Positions 37,150 to 47,233 of a stretch of DNA of 64,000 nucleotides are shown piece by piece. The notes beneath the pieces were generated by a model. It saw nothing but the letters and a program-made list of their open reading frames with translations, was not told the DNA's origin and did no database searches. The stretch spans positions 2,010,549 through 2,074,548 of the forward strand of contig OZ220710.1 in NCBI GenBank assembly GCA_965116635.1, in the 5' to 3' direction. Numbering within the stretch: the first letter of the stretch is position 1; each line of letters begins with the position of its first letter. The position numbers were made by a program, and so were the translations under genes. The DNA is from Thermodesulfobacteriota bacterium (lineage in GTDB: Bacteria; Desulfobacterota; Binatia; UBA9968; JAJDTQ01).

Positions 37150-38040
37150 ATGGCGACCCCTGAACAAAGCTACTTCGACCCGGCAGTGCTGGCGAGGCTC
37201 TCGAACCTGCACCTGAAGGCCCGTTGGGTGGTGGAGGGCGTCATGGCGGGCCTCCACCGCAGCCGTGCCAAGGGCTTCAGCGTCGAGTTCGAGCAGCACC
37301 GCGAGTATGCGCCCGGCGACGAGATCCGCCGCATCGACTGGAAAGCTCTCGGCAAGCTCGACCGCTACTTCATCAAGGAATTCGAGGACGAGAGCAACCT
37401 CAGGACCCACCTGCTGCTGGACGTCAGCGGCTCCATGGACTACGCGTCGGGCGAGGTCACCAAGTTCGAGTACGGCTGCATCCTGGTGGCTTCGCTGGCG
37501 TACCTCATTCTCCGCCAGCAGGACGCCGCGGGCCTGACCACCTTCTCCGACCGCATCGACTCGCAACTGCCGCCCAAGGCCACCCGGGGCTACATGGTGG
37601 AGTTGCTGCAGCGGCTGGAGGCCGAGACCACCCGGGGCGAGACCAACGTGGGCAAGATCCTGCGGGAGGTGGCCGGCGGCATCCGGCGGCGAGGCCTGGT
37701 GGTGCTGGTGTCGGACCTGCTGGACGACGCCGAGTCGGTGCTCGAGGGGCTGCGCATGTTCCGCTACAAGGGTAACGACGTGCTGGTGTTCCACGTGATG
37801 GACGAAACGGAGATGACCCTCCCGTTCTCGGGCAACACCCGGTTCGAGGACATCGAGGACCCCAAGCTCCGGGTCACCGCCGACCCCAAGGCCATACAGG
37901 CCGAATACCGCCGGGTCGTGAACGACCACATCGACACCCTCAGGTCGGGCTGTCACGAGTACGCCATCGACTATCAACTCATCTCCACCGCCACGCCGCT
38001 GGACCAGGCCCTGGTCAGCTACCTGAGCTGGAGGAAGTAA
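37150..38040 (+). CDS. DUF58 domain protein (Bat/MoxR-associated)
   Basis: 296 aa with the conserved DUF58 core FEQHREYAPGDEIRRIDWKALGKLDRYFIKEFE and a vWA-like LLLDVSGSM. Confidence 0.85.
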   Translation: MATPEQSYFDPAVLARLSNLHLKARWVVEGVMAGLHRSRAKGFSVEFEQHREYAPGDEIRRIDWKALGKLDRYFIKEFEDESNLRTHLLLDVSGSMDYASGEVTKFEYGCILVASLAYLILRQQDAAGLTTFSDRIDSQLPPKATRGYMVELLQRLEAETTRGETNVGKILREVAGGIRRRGLVVLVSDLLDDAESVLEGLRMFRYKGNDVLVFHVMDETEMTLPFSGNTRFEDIEDPKLRVTADPKAIQAEYRRVVNDHIDTLRSGCHEYAIDYQLISTATPLDQALVSYLSWRK

Positions 38041-38041
38041 A

Positions 38042-40141
38042 CTGGCATTCCTCTATCCCCTGTATCTGGCAGCCCTGTTCACCGCGGTGATACCGCTGGT
38101 GATCCACCTGCTGAACCGGCGGCAGCAGAAACGCCTGCGCTTCCCCGCGGTGCGGTTCGTGCTGATCTCGCAACGGCGCGTGGCGCGCACCTACAACCTG
38201 CGAAACTGGCTTCTTCTGGCGGTCCGGACCCTGGCCATCATCTTCCTCGTGCTGCTGATGGCCCATCCCCTGTGGGAGACCGGCGTGGGGCTCTCGGCCC
38301 GGGGCGCGCCGCTGTCCACCGCCATCATCGTGGACAATTCCCTCAGCATGCAGGTGCGCGACGACGGCGCGCCGTTCAGGGAGGCGAAGCAGGCGGCGGC
38401 GCTCATTCTCGAGGCCCTGGAAGACCGCGACCGGGCGGCCCTCATCGCCACCAACCCGGCCGGGCGCGCCGAGCCGCGCTTCAAGGATGCCCGGGAGACG
38501 GCCCTCAAGGACCTGGAGCCGCTGGCGGTCAGCGCCGGCACCGCCGACCTCACCGCCGCGCTGCGCACCGGCTACGGGCTCCTGCGGCAGGCCGGCGGGC
38601 AGAAGGCGATGTGGGTGCTCACCGACCTGGGGCTGTCGGGCTGGGACCGCCTTTCGCTGCCGGCCGTGGGGGAGTACGACCCCACCATCCCGGTCAAGAT
38701 CGTTACCGTGGGCTCGCCCGAACCCGCGCCCAGCGCCACCATCAAAAGCCTCGAGCCCCGCACCGATCATGTCGCCCCGGGCCTGGACCTGGAGATCGCC
38801 GCGACCCTGGTGAACTTCACGGCCGGCGCCATCCCGGACGTGGCCGCGCGCCTGGCCCTGGACGGCAAGGTCCGGGACGAGAAGCGGGTGACCCTGCCGG
38901 CCGATTCGGAGTTGACGGTCGACTTCCGGTTCAAGCTGGACCGGCCGGGGAGCCATGCCGGTTACGTTTCGCTCCACGGCGACGGTTTCGCCGGCAACCG
39001 CCGGCACCACTTCACCATTCACACCCGGGACCGGTTGAACGTGCTGCTGGTGGACGGAGATCCCCAACGGGCCCTGGTGGCCAGCGAGACGTACTTCCTG
39101 AGCCGGGCGCTGAACCCCACCGGCGACGTCGCCAGCTCCGTGCTGCTGCCGCAGGTGATCCTGCCCGGAGCCGTGGAACAGGTGGACCCGGAGGGCTATC
39201 AGGTGCTGGTGCTGGCCAACGTCCCCACCCTGCCGCCGGCCTTCGTCGCCCGGCTCGCCACGTTCGTCGAACGCGGCGGCGGCCTGATGCTGTCCCTGGG
39301 CGACCGGGTCATGGCGGAGGACTACAACCGCACGCTGTGGCGCAACGCCTCCCCGCTCCTTCCCGGGCCCCTCGGGGAACGGCGGCGCGTGCCGTTGGAC
39401 CAGAACGTCACGGTGGCGGAGATGGACCTCACCCATCCCGCCCTGGAGCCCTTCGCCGACCGGCGCCTGCTGGACTCGCTACGCTCGGCCCGGGTATCGT
39501 CCTATTTCGAGGTGGCGCCCACCGGGGGACGCACCCTGATGCGACTGAGCAACGGCGCCCCGTTGCTGGTGGAGAAGCAGCTCGGCAAGGGGCGGATTCT
39601 CCTGCTTGCCTCCACCGCCGACAGCGCCTGGAACCGCCTGCCGCTGAAGACCGGCTACGTGCCGCTGGTTCAATCCCTTGTGACCCACATCGCCGGCGGC
39701 GACACCGGCTCCATGGACACGGGCATCACGGCGGGGACGGCGAAACGGTGGTTCACGGCCACGGATCACGCGGGCAAGCGGGTGCGGGTAGTGGATCCCA
39801 ACCTCGCGGAGCGGGAGGTCACGCTGGCGCCGGTGGACGGGAAGGCTTCCGGAGCCTTTGACGGCAATCACGTCGCCGGGATCTACCGGGTGGTGTCACC
39901 CGGCGGCGGCCTGGAGCTGCCGGCCCTTTACGCGGTGAATCCTCCGCCCGGGGAATCGCGCCTGGAGCGCATGACCGACGACGAGTTGCAGCGGAAGCTC
40001 GGACCGGTGGACCACGAGGTCCTGTCCGCCGGGGCGTTGGCGGGCGGCGGGACCCGCACCGATCTGGCGCTGGCCCTGGTGGTGGTGCTGATCCTGACGC
40101 TGCTGTTCGAGAGCTGGCTGGGGCAACGAAACTATGAATAG
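38042..40141 (+). CDS. BatA-like vWA protein with aerotolerance-regulator N-terminal TM domain
   Basis: The canonical N-terminus (L)AFLYPLYLAALFTAVIPLVIHLLNRR begins at a CTG 7 nt after GGAGGAAG and 1 nt after the DUF58 stop. MIDAS DxSxS (VDNSLSM). The first ATG (38087) would delete the conserved N-terminal helix. Confidence 0.65.
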   Translation: MAFLYPLYLAALFTAVIPLVIHLLNRRQQKRLRFPAVRFVLISQRRVARTYNLRNWLLLAVRTLAIIFLVLLMAHPLWETGVGLSARGAPLSTAIIVDNSLSMQVRDDGAPFREAKQAAALILEALEDRDRAALIATNPAGRAEPRFKDARETALKDLEPLAVSAGTADLTAALRTGYGLLRQAGGQKAMWVLTDLGLSGWDRLSLPAVGEYDPTIPVKIVTVGSPEPAPSATIKSLEPRTDHVAPGLDLEIAATLVNFTAGAIPDVAARLALDGKVRDEKRVTLPADSELTVDFRFKLDRPGSHAGYVSLHGDGFAGNRRHHFTIHTRDRLNVLLVDGDPQRALVASETYFLSRALNPTGDVASSVLLPQVILPGAVEQVDPEGYQVLVLANVPTLPPAFVARLATFVERGGGLMLSLGDRVMAEDYNRTLWRNASPLLPGPLGERRRVPLDQNVTVAEMDLTHPALEPFADRRLLDSLRSARVSSYFEVAPTGGRTLMRLSNGAPLLVEKQLGKGRILLLASTADSAWNRLPLKTGYVPLVQSLVTHIAGGDTGSMDTGITAGTAKRWFTATDHAGKRVRVVDPNLAEREVTLAPVDGKASGAFDGNHVAGIYRVVSPGGGLELPALYAVNPPPGESRLERMTDDELQRKLGPVDHEVLSAGALAGGGTRTDLALALVVVLILTLLFESWLGQRNYE

Positions 40142-40901
40142 ACGAAGGTTCCTGCAAGGGCTCGTGGGAACGGCGGCCGGCGCCGCCTGGGGATTGCCCC
40201 GGGCGCTGCGGGCGGCGGACACGCCGCAGCGGATCCAGTTCGCCTTCGCGCAGGTGCGCTACCGCGGCGGCGACTGGGACCCCCGGCCCCGGGCCGCGAC
40301 CCCGTTGATGGAAGAGCTGATACGCCGCACCAGCGTGGTCCCGGCCCGGGAACGCCGGGTGGTCCGCCTGACCGACCCCGAGCTGTTCTCGTCTCCCTTC
40401 CTCTACCTTGCGGGCAAGTATGATTTTCAGCCCTTCACCGAGGACGAGATCCTGAGACTGAGACGGTTTCTGTCATTCGGCGGTTTCCTGCTCGCCGACA
40501 ACACGCTGGGACAACTGGGATACGGCTTCGACCGGCGTTTCCGCGACGAAATGAAACGGGTGTTCCCCGGCCGGGAACTGCGCAAGATTCCCCTGACCCA
40601 CGCGGCGCTGCGGAGCTATTACCTGATCCGCCGGGTGGGCGGCCGCGTGGCCACCAGCTCGTTCCTCGAGGGCATCCAGCTCGGCGAGACCACGCCGGTG
40701 GTGTACTGCCACAACGATCTGGGGGGCGCCTGGGAGCGGGACGGACTGGGACGCTGGAGCCACCCGTGCGTTCCCAACGGCGAGGAGCAGCGGCGCGACG
40801 CGTTTCACCTCGGCGTCAACCTGATCCTCTATTCCATGACCGGCAACTACAAGCAGGACCTGATCCACGTGCCGTTCATCCGCCGGCGCCTCACACAGTA
40901 G
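40134..40901 (+). CDS. DUF4159 domain protein (Tat-signal)
   Basis: 255 aa with an RRRFLQG twin-arginine signal. Its start overlaps the upstream gene's stop by 8 nt. Confidence 0.7.
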   Translation: MNRRRFLQGLVGTAAGAAWGLPRALRAADTPQRIQFAFAQVRYRGGDWDPRPRAATPLMEELIRRTSVVPARERRVVRLTDPELFSSPFLYLAGKYDFQPFTEDEILRLRRFLSFGGFLLADNTLGQLGYGFDRRFRDEMKRVFPGRELRKIPLTHAALRSYYLIRRVGGRVATSSFLEGIQLGETTPVVYCHNDLGGAWERDGLGRWSHPCVPNGEEQRRDAFHLGVNLILYSMTGNYKQDLIHVPFIRRRLTQ

Positions 40902-40908
40902 GAAGCGA

Positions 40909-43146
40909 ATGACGGGAATTTCGGACATCGTTCTGGGCGGAGGAGTTCCCGCGTGGCTGGCGGCCGTGCTGGCGCTGGCGGCGGCGGGTTTCCTGGTCTA
41001 CCAATTCCGCTTCCTGCACCGGAGCCTGGGGCCCGGCAAGGCCTCGCTGCTGACGCTGCTGCGGGGACTGGTCTACGCCCTGCTGCTGCTGTTCCTGCTG
41101 GGACCGACGCGTACGGTGGAAGAAGACACGTCGCTGCGGCGTCCGCTGGTGGTTTTGCTGGACACCTCCGAGAGCATGGGGCTCTCGTCGGGGCAGGACG
41201 ACACCAGCCGGCTCGATGCCGCCAGGGAAGTGCTTGCGGCGCCCGGCCTGACCCTGGGACTGGCCCAGACATACGACCTCAAGCTCTACGGGTTCGACCG
41301 GGAAACCACCCCTCGCGGCATCGAGGGGTTCGCGGACGCGGCCCCGGCGGGCGACGCCAGCCGGCTCTTCGAAGCTCTGGGCAGGGTCCACGAAAACGAG
41401 CCGGACGCGGCCGGGGTCATCGTCGTGTCCGACGGTATCGTCAACCCCGCCGAGGCCCTTGACGCGTTCTCGGGCCACCCCAAACCGGTGTTCGCCGTCG
41501 GGGTGGGACAGGCCGAGGGCTTCAGGGACCTGCGCATCGCCGGCCTGCGGGCGCCGGAGCTGGCCTTTCGCGGCCGCGCCATCGCCATCGATTTCACCAT
41601 CCAGGCCTACGGCATGGCCGGGGTCCAGGTCCCGCTCTACTTCAACCTGGGCCGGAACCTGATCTCGACCCACCCCATCACCATTGACCGGGACGCCTAC
41701 GAAAACCGCGTGACCCTCAACTACACGCCCCGGGAGCTGGGCGCCCACGGCTTCACCCTGACACTGCCCGAACAGGGCGGCGAGAGCATTGCCGGCAACA
41801 ACCGGAAGGCGTTCCGGATGGAGGTGCGCCGGGACAAGATCCGGGTGTTGACCCTCTCCGGGTCGCCCTCGTGGAACTACCGGTTCCTGAGGTTCGCGCT
41901 GAAGCAGGACCCGTTTCTGGAGCTGGTCTCGTTCGTCTTCCTGCGCACGCCCAACGACGTGGTGGACGTGCGCGAAAACGAGCTGAGCCTGATTCCCTTC
42001 CCCATCGACGAGATCTTCGTGGAGGAGCTCAACAACTTCGACGTGCTGATTCTCGACGACTTCTCGCACCGCAGCTACTTCAACCCGGTGTACTTCGAGA
42101 ACATTCGGGACTTCGTGCGCGACGGCGGCGGCATCGCCATGCTCGGGGGCGCGCGGGCTTTCGACCGGGGCGGTTACCACGAAACCGCGTTGAATCCGGT
42201 GCTGCCGGTGAAGCTCGACGGGCGCGGGGACTTCCAGACCGGCATCGCCGCCCGCGCCAGCCTGACGCCGGCGGGCAAGGCCCATCCGCTGACCCGGGTC
42301 TTCGCCGATCCCACCGCCAACGAGGAGGCCTGGGCCGCACTGCCGCCCCTGACCACCCTCAACGGGGTCGCGCAGGCCAAGGGCGAGGTGCTGCTGTCGG
42401 CCGAGGTCCGCGGGCGTCAGGCGCCCCTGCTGTCGGTGGGGAGATACCACAAGGGGCGGTCGCTGGCCTTTGCCAGCGACGACCTCTGGCGCTGGAACTT
42501 CGACGCCGTGGGGCGCGACCAGAACCCCCAGATCCATTTGAAGCTCATCCGCAACGGCGTGCGCTGGCTGGCCCAGGAGCCGGCCTTCGAGCAGGTGCAG
42601 ATCCTGGCGGTGGGAGGCTCGCGGCGGCCCGGGGAAAAGCTCGAGTTCCGCATCCGGGTGTTGCAGGACGACCACGCTCCGGCCAGGGACCCGACCTTGC
42701 AGGTGATAGTCACCGGGCCCGAAGGGGAGCGCTCGCCGTTGGAGGCCGCCGCCACCGAGCAGGCCGGCGAGTACCGCTCCGAGTTCACGCCACGTCTCGA
42801 AGGGTCCCACCGCATCGAGGTCCAGGCCACCTCCGCCGGCAACCCCCTGGGCAACGCCGCCGCCAACTTCCTCGTGGCGCTGCCGTCGGAGGAGAACGAC
42901 GACGGGCGGCCGCGGCCGGAGTTGCTGCAGGCCGTGGCCGCGCGCAGCCAGGGCATGTTCGCCACCGCCGGTTCTCTCACCGACGCCCACTGGTCGGAGT
43001 TCCAACAGCGGATGGAGCAGGCGGCGCCGTCGAGCATCGTGGCGAGAAGCCGCGTGGCGCTGTGGAACGAGCCGCTGCTGTTTACCCTGGTGGTTCTTTT
43101 GCTGGGGGTGGAATGGTGGCTGCGGCGGACCTGGGGACTTGTATGA
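40909..43146 (+). CDS. BatB-like membrane vWA protein
   Basis: 745 aa with two N-terminal TM helices, vWA MIDAS (LLDTSESMG) and a C-terminal TM helix (LLFTLVVLLLGVEWW). Confidence 0.65.
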   Translation: MTGISDIVLGGGVPAWLAAVLALAAAGFLVYQFRFLHRSLGPGKASLLTLLRGLVYALLLLFLLGPTRTVEEDTSLRRPLVVLLDTSESMGLSSGQDDTSRLDAAREVLAAPGLTLGLAQTYDLKLYGFDRETTPRGIEGFADAAPAGDASRLFEALGRVHENEPDAAGVIVVSDGIVNPAEALDAFSGHPKPVFAVGVGQAEGFRDLRIAGLRAPELAFRGRAIAIDFTIQAYGMAGVQVPLYFNLGRNLISTHPITIDRDAYENRVTLNYTPRELGAHGFTLTLPEQGGESIAGNNRKAFRMEVRRDKIRVLTLSGSPSWNYRFLRFALKQDPFLELVSFVFLRTPNDVVDVRENELSLIPFPIDEIFVEELNNFDVLILDDFSHRSYFNPVYFENIRDFVRDGGGIAMLGGARAFDRGGYHETALNPVLPVKLDGRGDFQTGIAARASLTPAGKAHPLTRVFADPTANEEAWAALPPLTTLNGVAQAKGEVLLSAEVRGRQAPLLSVGRYHKGRSLAFASDDLWRWNFDAVGRDQNPQIHLKLIRNGVRWLAQEPAFEQVQILAVGGSRRPGEKLEFRIRVLQDDHAPARDPTLQVIVTGPEGERSPLEAAATEQAGEYRSEFTPRLEGSHRIEVQATSAGNPLGNAAANFLVALPSEENDDGRPRPELLQAVAARSQGMFATAGSLTDAHWSEFQQRMEQAAPSSIVARSRVALWNEPLLFTLVVLLLGVEWWLRRTWGLV

Positions 43147-43177
43147 GTGAACCGTCCGAGACACTGGAGATTCGGGC

Positions 43178-44101
43178 ATGACGACACACGTATTTTCCGG
43201 CAACCCGCTGGACCGGGGCGACGTGCAGCGCCGGGATGAAGGTTGGCTCCGGCAGACGGCCCAGGATCCCCGTTCCCGCTTCCTGCCGCTGTGGCAACTC
43301 GACATCCTGTTGCGGAACGGCTCCCGTACCGAGCTCGGATGGGTCAGGCCCGGGGACATCGAGGGGCTCGGCCTCGACGGCCCGCCGGTCTTTCTCGGGC
43401 TCATGGACGGCGCTGCCCACTTCGCGGTGGACGTCTCCGCCGTGTCCGAGCCGCTTCAGGCGCTGAACCTGGAAGACCCCTGGAGCTTCGTCGAAGCCCG
43501 GACCGCGGCCGCGCAGTTGCAGCCCCAGGAGGTGGGCATCCTGGCCCAGAGCAAGGCCCAGGTGGACTGGCACCGCCGCCACCGTTTCTGCGGCCTGTGC
43601 GGCGGTCCCACGGAACAGGGGCGCGGCGGCCAAGTGCGCAAGTGCGCGGCTTGCAACACCGAACACTTCCCCCGCACCGACCCGGTGGCCATCATGGTCA
43701 TTACCGACGGCGAGCGCGCCTTGCTGGGCCAGTCCCGCGGACGCCTCGCCCGCTCCGGACGCTACTCCGCTCTCGCGGGCTTCATCGACCAGGCCGAGTG
43801 CATCGAGGAAGCCGTGCGGCGGGAGATCAAGGAGGAGGCCGGCATCCGGGTCGGCGAAGTCCGCTATCACTCATCCCAGCCCTGGCCCTTCCCTTCCTCC
43901 CTCATGATCGGCTGCCACGGCAAGGCCTTGTCCACCGACATTGCCAAGGACGACGAGGAGATGACCGACGTGCAGTGGTTCGGACGGGACGAAGTGCTTT
44001 CCTCCCTGGCCGGCGAGAACCCGAACCTGCGTCTGCCCGACCCGGTGGCCATCGCCCACCATCTGATCCGGGCGTGGGCCGAGGGACGGGTGGTGTTTTA
44101 G
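43178..44101 (+). CDS. nudC: NAD+ diphosphatase (Nudix, NudC-like)
   Basis: Zinc ribbon CGLCGG...CAACN and Nudix box GFIDQAECIEEAVRREIKEEAGI. Confidence 0.85.
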   Translation: MTTHVFSGNPLDRGDVQRRDEGWLRQTAQDPRSRFLPLWQLDILLRNGSRTELGWVRPGDIEGLGLDGPPVFLGLMDGAAHFAVDVSAVSEPLQALNLEDPWSFVEARTAAAQLQPQEVGILAQSKAQVDWHRRHRFCGLCGGPTEQGRGGQVRKCAACNTEHFPRTDPVAIMVITDGERALLGQSRGRLARSGRYSALAGFIDQAECIEEAVRREIKEEAGIRVGEVRYHSSQPWPFPSSLMIGCHGKALSTDIAKDDEEMTDVQWFGRDEVLSSLAGENPNLRLPDPVAIAHHLIRAWAEGRVVF

Positions 44102-44252
44102 TGTCGCGTCTCGCAACGCTAGTGTGGTGTCTGGTTAATTCGCGTCATAAGATGCGGAGGATTTTTTGTCGTCGGCAAGGCGCGATGACTTGTAGGGGCG
44201 ACCTGCGGTCGCCCTTCAGTGGCGGGCACCACGCGAGGAAGAGCAACGCAGC

Positions 44253-44368
44253 CGCCCTTCGACTTCGCTTCGCGAAGCCTGTCCTGAGCCTTGTCGAAGG
44301 GCTCAGGACGAACGTTTAAGTCAGATTCCGTTCGCCCTGAGCGTAGCGAAGCGAAGTCGAAGGGCGCC
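44253..44368. repeat. palindromic intergenic repeat, copy C (full form: left TIR, internal hairpin, right TIR)
   Basis: cccttcgacttcgcttcgcgaagcctgtcctgagccttgtcgaagggctcaggacgaac ... ccgttcgccctgagcgtagcgaagcgaagtcgaagggcgcc. The termini are mutual reverse complements. Confidence 0.85.
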
Positions 44369-44412
44369 GACCCATGTAGACGGGACGGCCAACGCCGTAG
44401 GGGAATCATTCA

Positions 44413-46005
44413 ATGTCCAAGCCACGCATAGCGGTGTTCTCGGGCCCGCGCGCCACCATTGCCAATACGCCGGCGCTGGTGACCAGCAACAAGGGCCGGG
44501 CGGCGGGCGAAGCGCAACTGGAAGGACGGTTCGACCACCTGGTTCCGCAGCGCCTGCACGAGCCCGTGCGCGTACGGATCGAGAAGTTCAGCGCACACCC
44601 GTTGGAATCCGACGCCGCCGAGGTCTACCACGACGACGGCAAGTCCTACTACGAAGTGGAGTTGCGCCCGGAGGACGGCGCCTATCTGCTGCCCTACATG
44701 GCGCGCCGCGACGACGGCTCCGAGGACGGCACGCCCTTCGAGGCCGCCGACCTGCGCGACCCGGACCTCGGCTACGGCGGGAGACAGTCGTTCCTCCCCG
44801 ATGCATCCCGGCTGTTCGAGGACATCGACCGGGGTTTGGGCGGACGCGGCCACGACGGTGCGGCCAGCGAGCTGGACCGGCTCGCGGAGTTCGACTTCGT
44901 GCGCGTGCTGCCGCCGTCGGGCCACCTGAAACAGGGTGAAGTGGCCGGGCGCGATTTCTTTCCGTACAGCCCCCGGCCCCTCGGCAAGTTCCCGCCCAAC
45001 AGCGCCATGGCCCGCGCCGTCAACATCGTCCAGCGAACCATCGACTCGGGGCGCTATGACGGCTTCATCTGGCTGGAAGGCAGCCCGCACGTGGAAGAGA
45101 CGCTCTACTGGCTGAGCCTGGTCCTGGATACCGCCCTGCCCTTCGTGGGCATCTCGTCGCAACGCCCGCACGGGGCCCTCGCCAACGACGGGGACCGCAA
45201 CATCGTCGACGCGGCGCGCTATATCGCGTCGGGACTTGGCACGGGGCTGGGCGCGGTGGGCATCGTCGACGAGCAGATCTTCGCGGCGCGCACGTTCAAG
45301 AAAGGCGACGCGCGCCCGGGCGGCTACCGGGCCACCGGCGGCCACGGCGGCGTCCTCGGCAGCGCCTGCGAAGAGGTGCGCGTGTGGTTCCGTCCCGCCT
45401 ACCGGACCACCGGCGCCTCCGCGCTCGCGGTGGCAAACCTGCCCTCCGAGGTCACCTTTCAGGAGTACGGCGACAGCCCCGGGACGGCGAGCATCCGCAT
45501 CAAGGATGACGGCGGCTCACTCCGCGGCGACGTGATCGCGCCGGTGCACGTCGTGAAGTACGGCCATTACATGGCCGAGGAAGACACGGCGGACCCGGAG
45601 GTGGAAGTGGACATCATGGCGCGCATCGAACGCGGGCTGGCACAGCAAGCGTCGGCGGAGCCCGACGCGCCCCGGTTTCACGGCTTCGTGCTGGAGGGCG
45701 CAGCGGGCACCGGCTCGGCGCTCCACAGCCAGATGGCCGCCCTCGCCATCGCCGCCTGCAACGGCATGCCCGTGGTACGGGTGAGCCGCGGCGATCCGGA
45801 GGGCGCCTTGCCCTCCAATCCCAACGATCTGACCATCGAAGGCACCAACCTGGACGCCACCAAGGCGCGCGTGCTGCTGCGCGCGGCGATGCTGCGCCTG
45901 GGACGCTTGCCCAAGGCGCGCGACCCCCGCAACCCGACAGCGCAGGAGCGTGAGGCGTCGCTGGCGGCGATTGCGCGGTACCAGGAAATATTCGAGACGC
46001 ACTAG
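44413..46005 (+). CDS. asparaginase/glutaminase-family domain protein (long form)
   Basis: 530 aa with N-terminal RIAVFSGPRATIANT and later GFVLEGAAGTGS (asparaginase-type threonine/GxG regions). Extended relative to classic type I/II enzymes. Confidence 0.6.
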   Translation: MSKPRIAVFSGPRATIANTPALVTSNKGRAAGEAQLEGRFDHLVPQRLHEPVRVRIEKFSAHPLESDAAEVYHDDGKSYYEVELRPEDGAYLLPYMARRDDGSEDGTPFEAADLRDPDLGYGGRQSFLPDASRLFEDIDRGLGGRGHDGAASELDRLAEFDFVRVLPPSGHLKQGEVAGRDFFPYSPRPLGKFPPNSAMARAVNIVQRTIDSGRYDGFIWLEGSPHVEETLYWLSLVLDTALPFVGISSQRPHGALANDGDRNIVDAARYIASGLGTGLGAVGIVDEQIFAARTFKKGDARPGGYRATGGHGGVLGSACEEVRVWFRPAYRTTGASALAVANLPSEVTFQEYGDSPGTASIRIKDDGGSLRGDVIAPVHVVKYGHYMAEEDTADPEVEVDIMARIERGLAQQASAEPDAPRFHGFVLEGAAGTGSALHSQMAALAIAACNGMPVVRVSRGDPEGALPSNPNDLTIEGTNLDATKARVLLRAAMLRLGRLPKARDPRNPTAQEREASLAAIARYQEIFETH

Positions 46006-46030
46006 TGTGGTGTCCGCCCAGCCTACGGAT

Positions 46031-46726
46031 TTACAAGCGCCGCCAGTTCTCTTCGCCATACACGAGCCAGGCATCTACTCTCTCCCCGTCCCAACGATAA
46101 GACAGAAGACGGCTCTGAACCGGGATCCCGACTACATCCGGCCAGAATGCGGCCACGGCTTGGCCGCGGGACCAGCGAACGCTCGGATAGACGATGCCGT
46201 TGCTGGTGTGTCTTTCGCGCAGGTCCGCGGCCAACGCCTGTCCGGCGGTGTAGTCGTCGGAATTCAGCGCGGGGCGGAATTCGTCCGCACCGCGCAGGTC
46301 GTGCAGCTCCGCGTCGATGCCGCCGACGAGTTCCCGGTAGTCCGCGGTGGCCGGCTCTTCCTCCGTCGCCGCCATGAAACGCTCAAGGTGGGACACCGTC
46401 TCCGCCAGAGCCACCTCAAAGCGGTTGCCCGCGTAGTAGACACCGTAGCTGCCGTCGCCGAACCGGGTCGGACGGTCGTGCGAGGCGTGGCAGAACGGCG
46501 CCATCACACAATTGGCGCCGGGACCCGAAACCCGACGCGCTGGCGGCACCAGATGGATGGCGCCGATGTCGTCTCTGATCCTTGGATTGGTCTTGGTTTC
46601 CGCTTCCGCCAACAATTCCCAGTCCGCCGGATCAGCGATGTCGTCGAACAGGTTCACCGGGGGATAGACCGTCCGGATCAGACGGTACGCCCGCCGCCAC
46701 CGGACCCGGCTCACGGGCGAGATCAC
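46031..46726 (-). CDS. RES-domain toxin (NAD+-targeting RES family)
   Basis: 231 aa with conserved R...E...S positions (SYGVYYAGNRFEVALAETVSH ... YPSVRWSRG). Its start overlaps the upstream antitoxin stop (ATGA). Confidence 0.8.
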   Translation of the reverse strand: MISPVSRVRWRRAYRLIRTVYPPVNLFDDIADPADWELLAEAETKTNPRIRDDIGAIHLVPPARRVSGPGANCVMAPFCHASHDRPTRFGDGSYGVYYAGNRFEVALAETVSHLERFMAATEEEPATADYRELVGGIDAELHDLRGADEFRPALNSDDYTAGQALAADLRERHTSNGIVYPSVRWSRGQAVAAFWPDVVGIPVQSRLLSYRWDGERVDAWLVYGEENWRRL

Positions 46727-47142
46727 CAGCCGCCGCGCTCCGCGTCGAGATAGGCGCGCACGGCTACGAGATCGGGGATAGAGCCGGCCAGCAGCCGGTC
46801 CAGCGCCGATGCGCCGCCGAACACCTGGTTCGGCTTACGCAGCCATTCGTAGCCCCGCGACGGTTCGCGGAACAGTTGGCGCAGGTTCTTGTGAATGCCC
46901 ATCAGCATGGACAAGCGCTCGCGGGTGTCTCGGGAGATACGCGAAGGTTCCACCTGCCCGGTTTTCCAGCGCGCGTAGGTCCGGGCCGCGGGATCTCCCA
47001 CCAGAATCCGGCCTTGGCGATCGTTGAGCCGCCAGTGCTCCGCCAGATTGAAGAAGGCTCGGAGCATGGCCGTGGTCTCCGCGTCGGTTATTTCCGGCCC
47101 GACCGCCAGCACGCTGCCCGGGAAAGGAATGACGTTTGCCAT
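46723..47142 (-). CDS. Xre-like/DUF2384 antitoxin of RES-Xre pair
   Basis: 139 aa. ATG at 47142 (MANVIPFPGS...). The longer ORF-track reading (to 47331) runs into the MITE copy and is rejected. Confidence 0.7.
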   Translation of the reverse strand: MANVIPFPGSVLAVGPEITDAETTAMLRAFFNLAEHWRLNDRQGRILVGDPAARTYARWKTGQVEPSRISRDTRERLSMLMGIHKNLRQLFREPSRGYEWLRKPNQVFGGASALDRLLAGSIPDLVAVRAYLDAERGGW

Positions 47143-47233
47143 ATGGCAGTTCTTAGTTAACAGGTTGCCTTGCGTCAAAATTTGGTTCTGGCTCCGGCAC
47201 GGTCCGTTTTTCCCTGGGAACCTGTCGGATTCG

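Noticed and set aside
38015-39436. 473 aa minus-strand ORF and 38272..39861 plus alternative-frame ORF over the BatA-like gene
   Set aside because: Arg/Gly/Pro-rich artefacts. The vWA MIDAS motif and N-terminal BatA helix define the real frame.
40891-43404. 837 aa minus-strand ORF antisense to the BatB-like gene
   Set aside because: No motifs; high-GC artefact.
43243-44319. 358 aa alternative-frame ORF over nudC that ends in repeat-derived peptide FAKPVLSLVEGLRTNV
   Set aside because: An out-of-frame reading of NudC continued into MITE copy C. The NudC frame carries the zinc ribbon and Nudix box.
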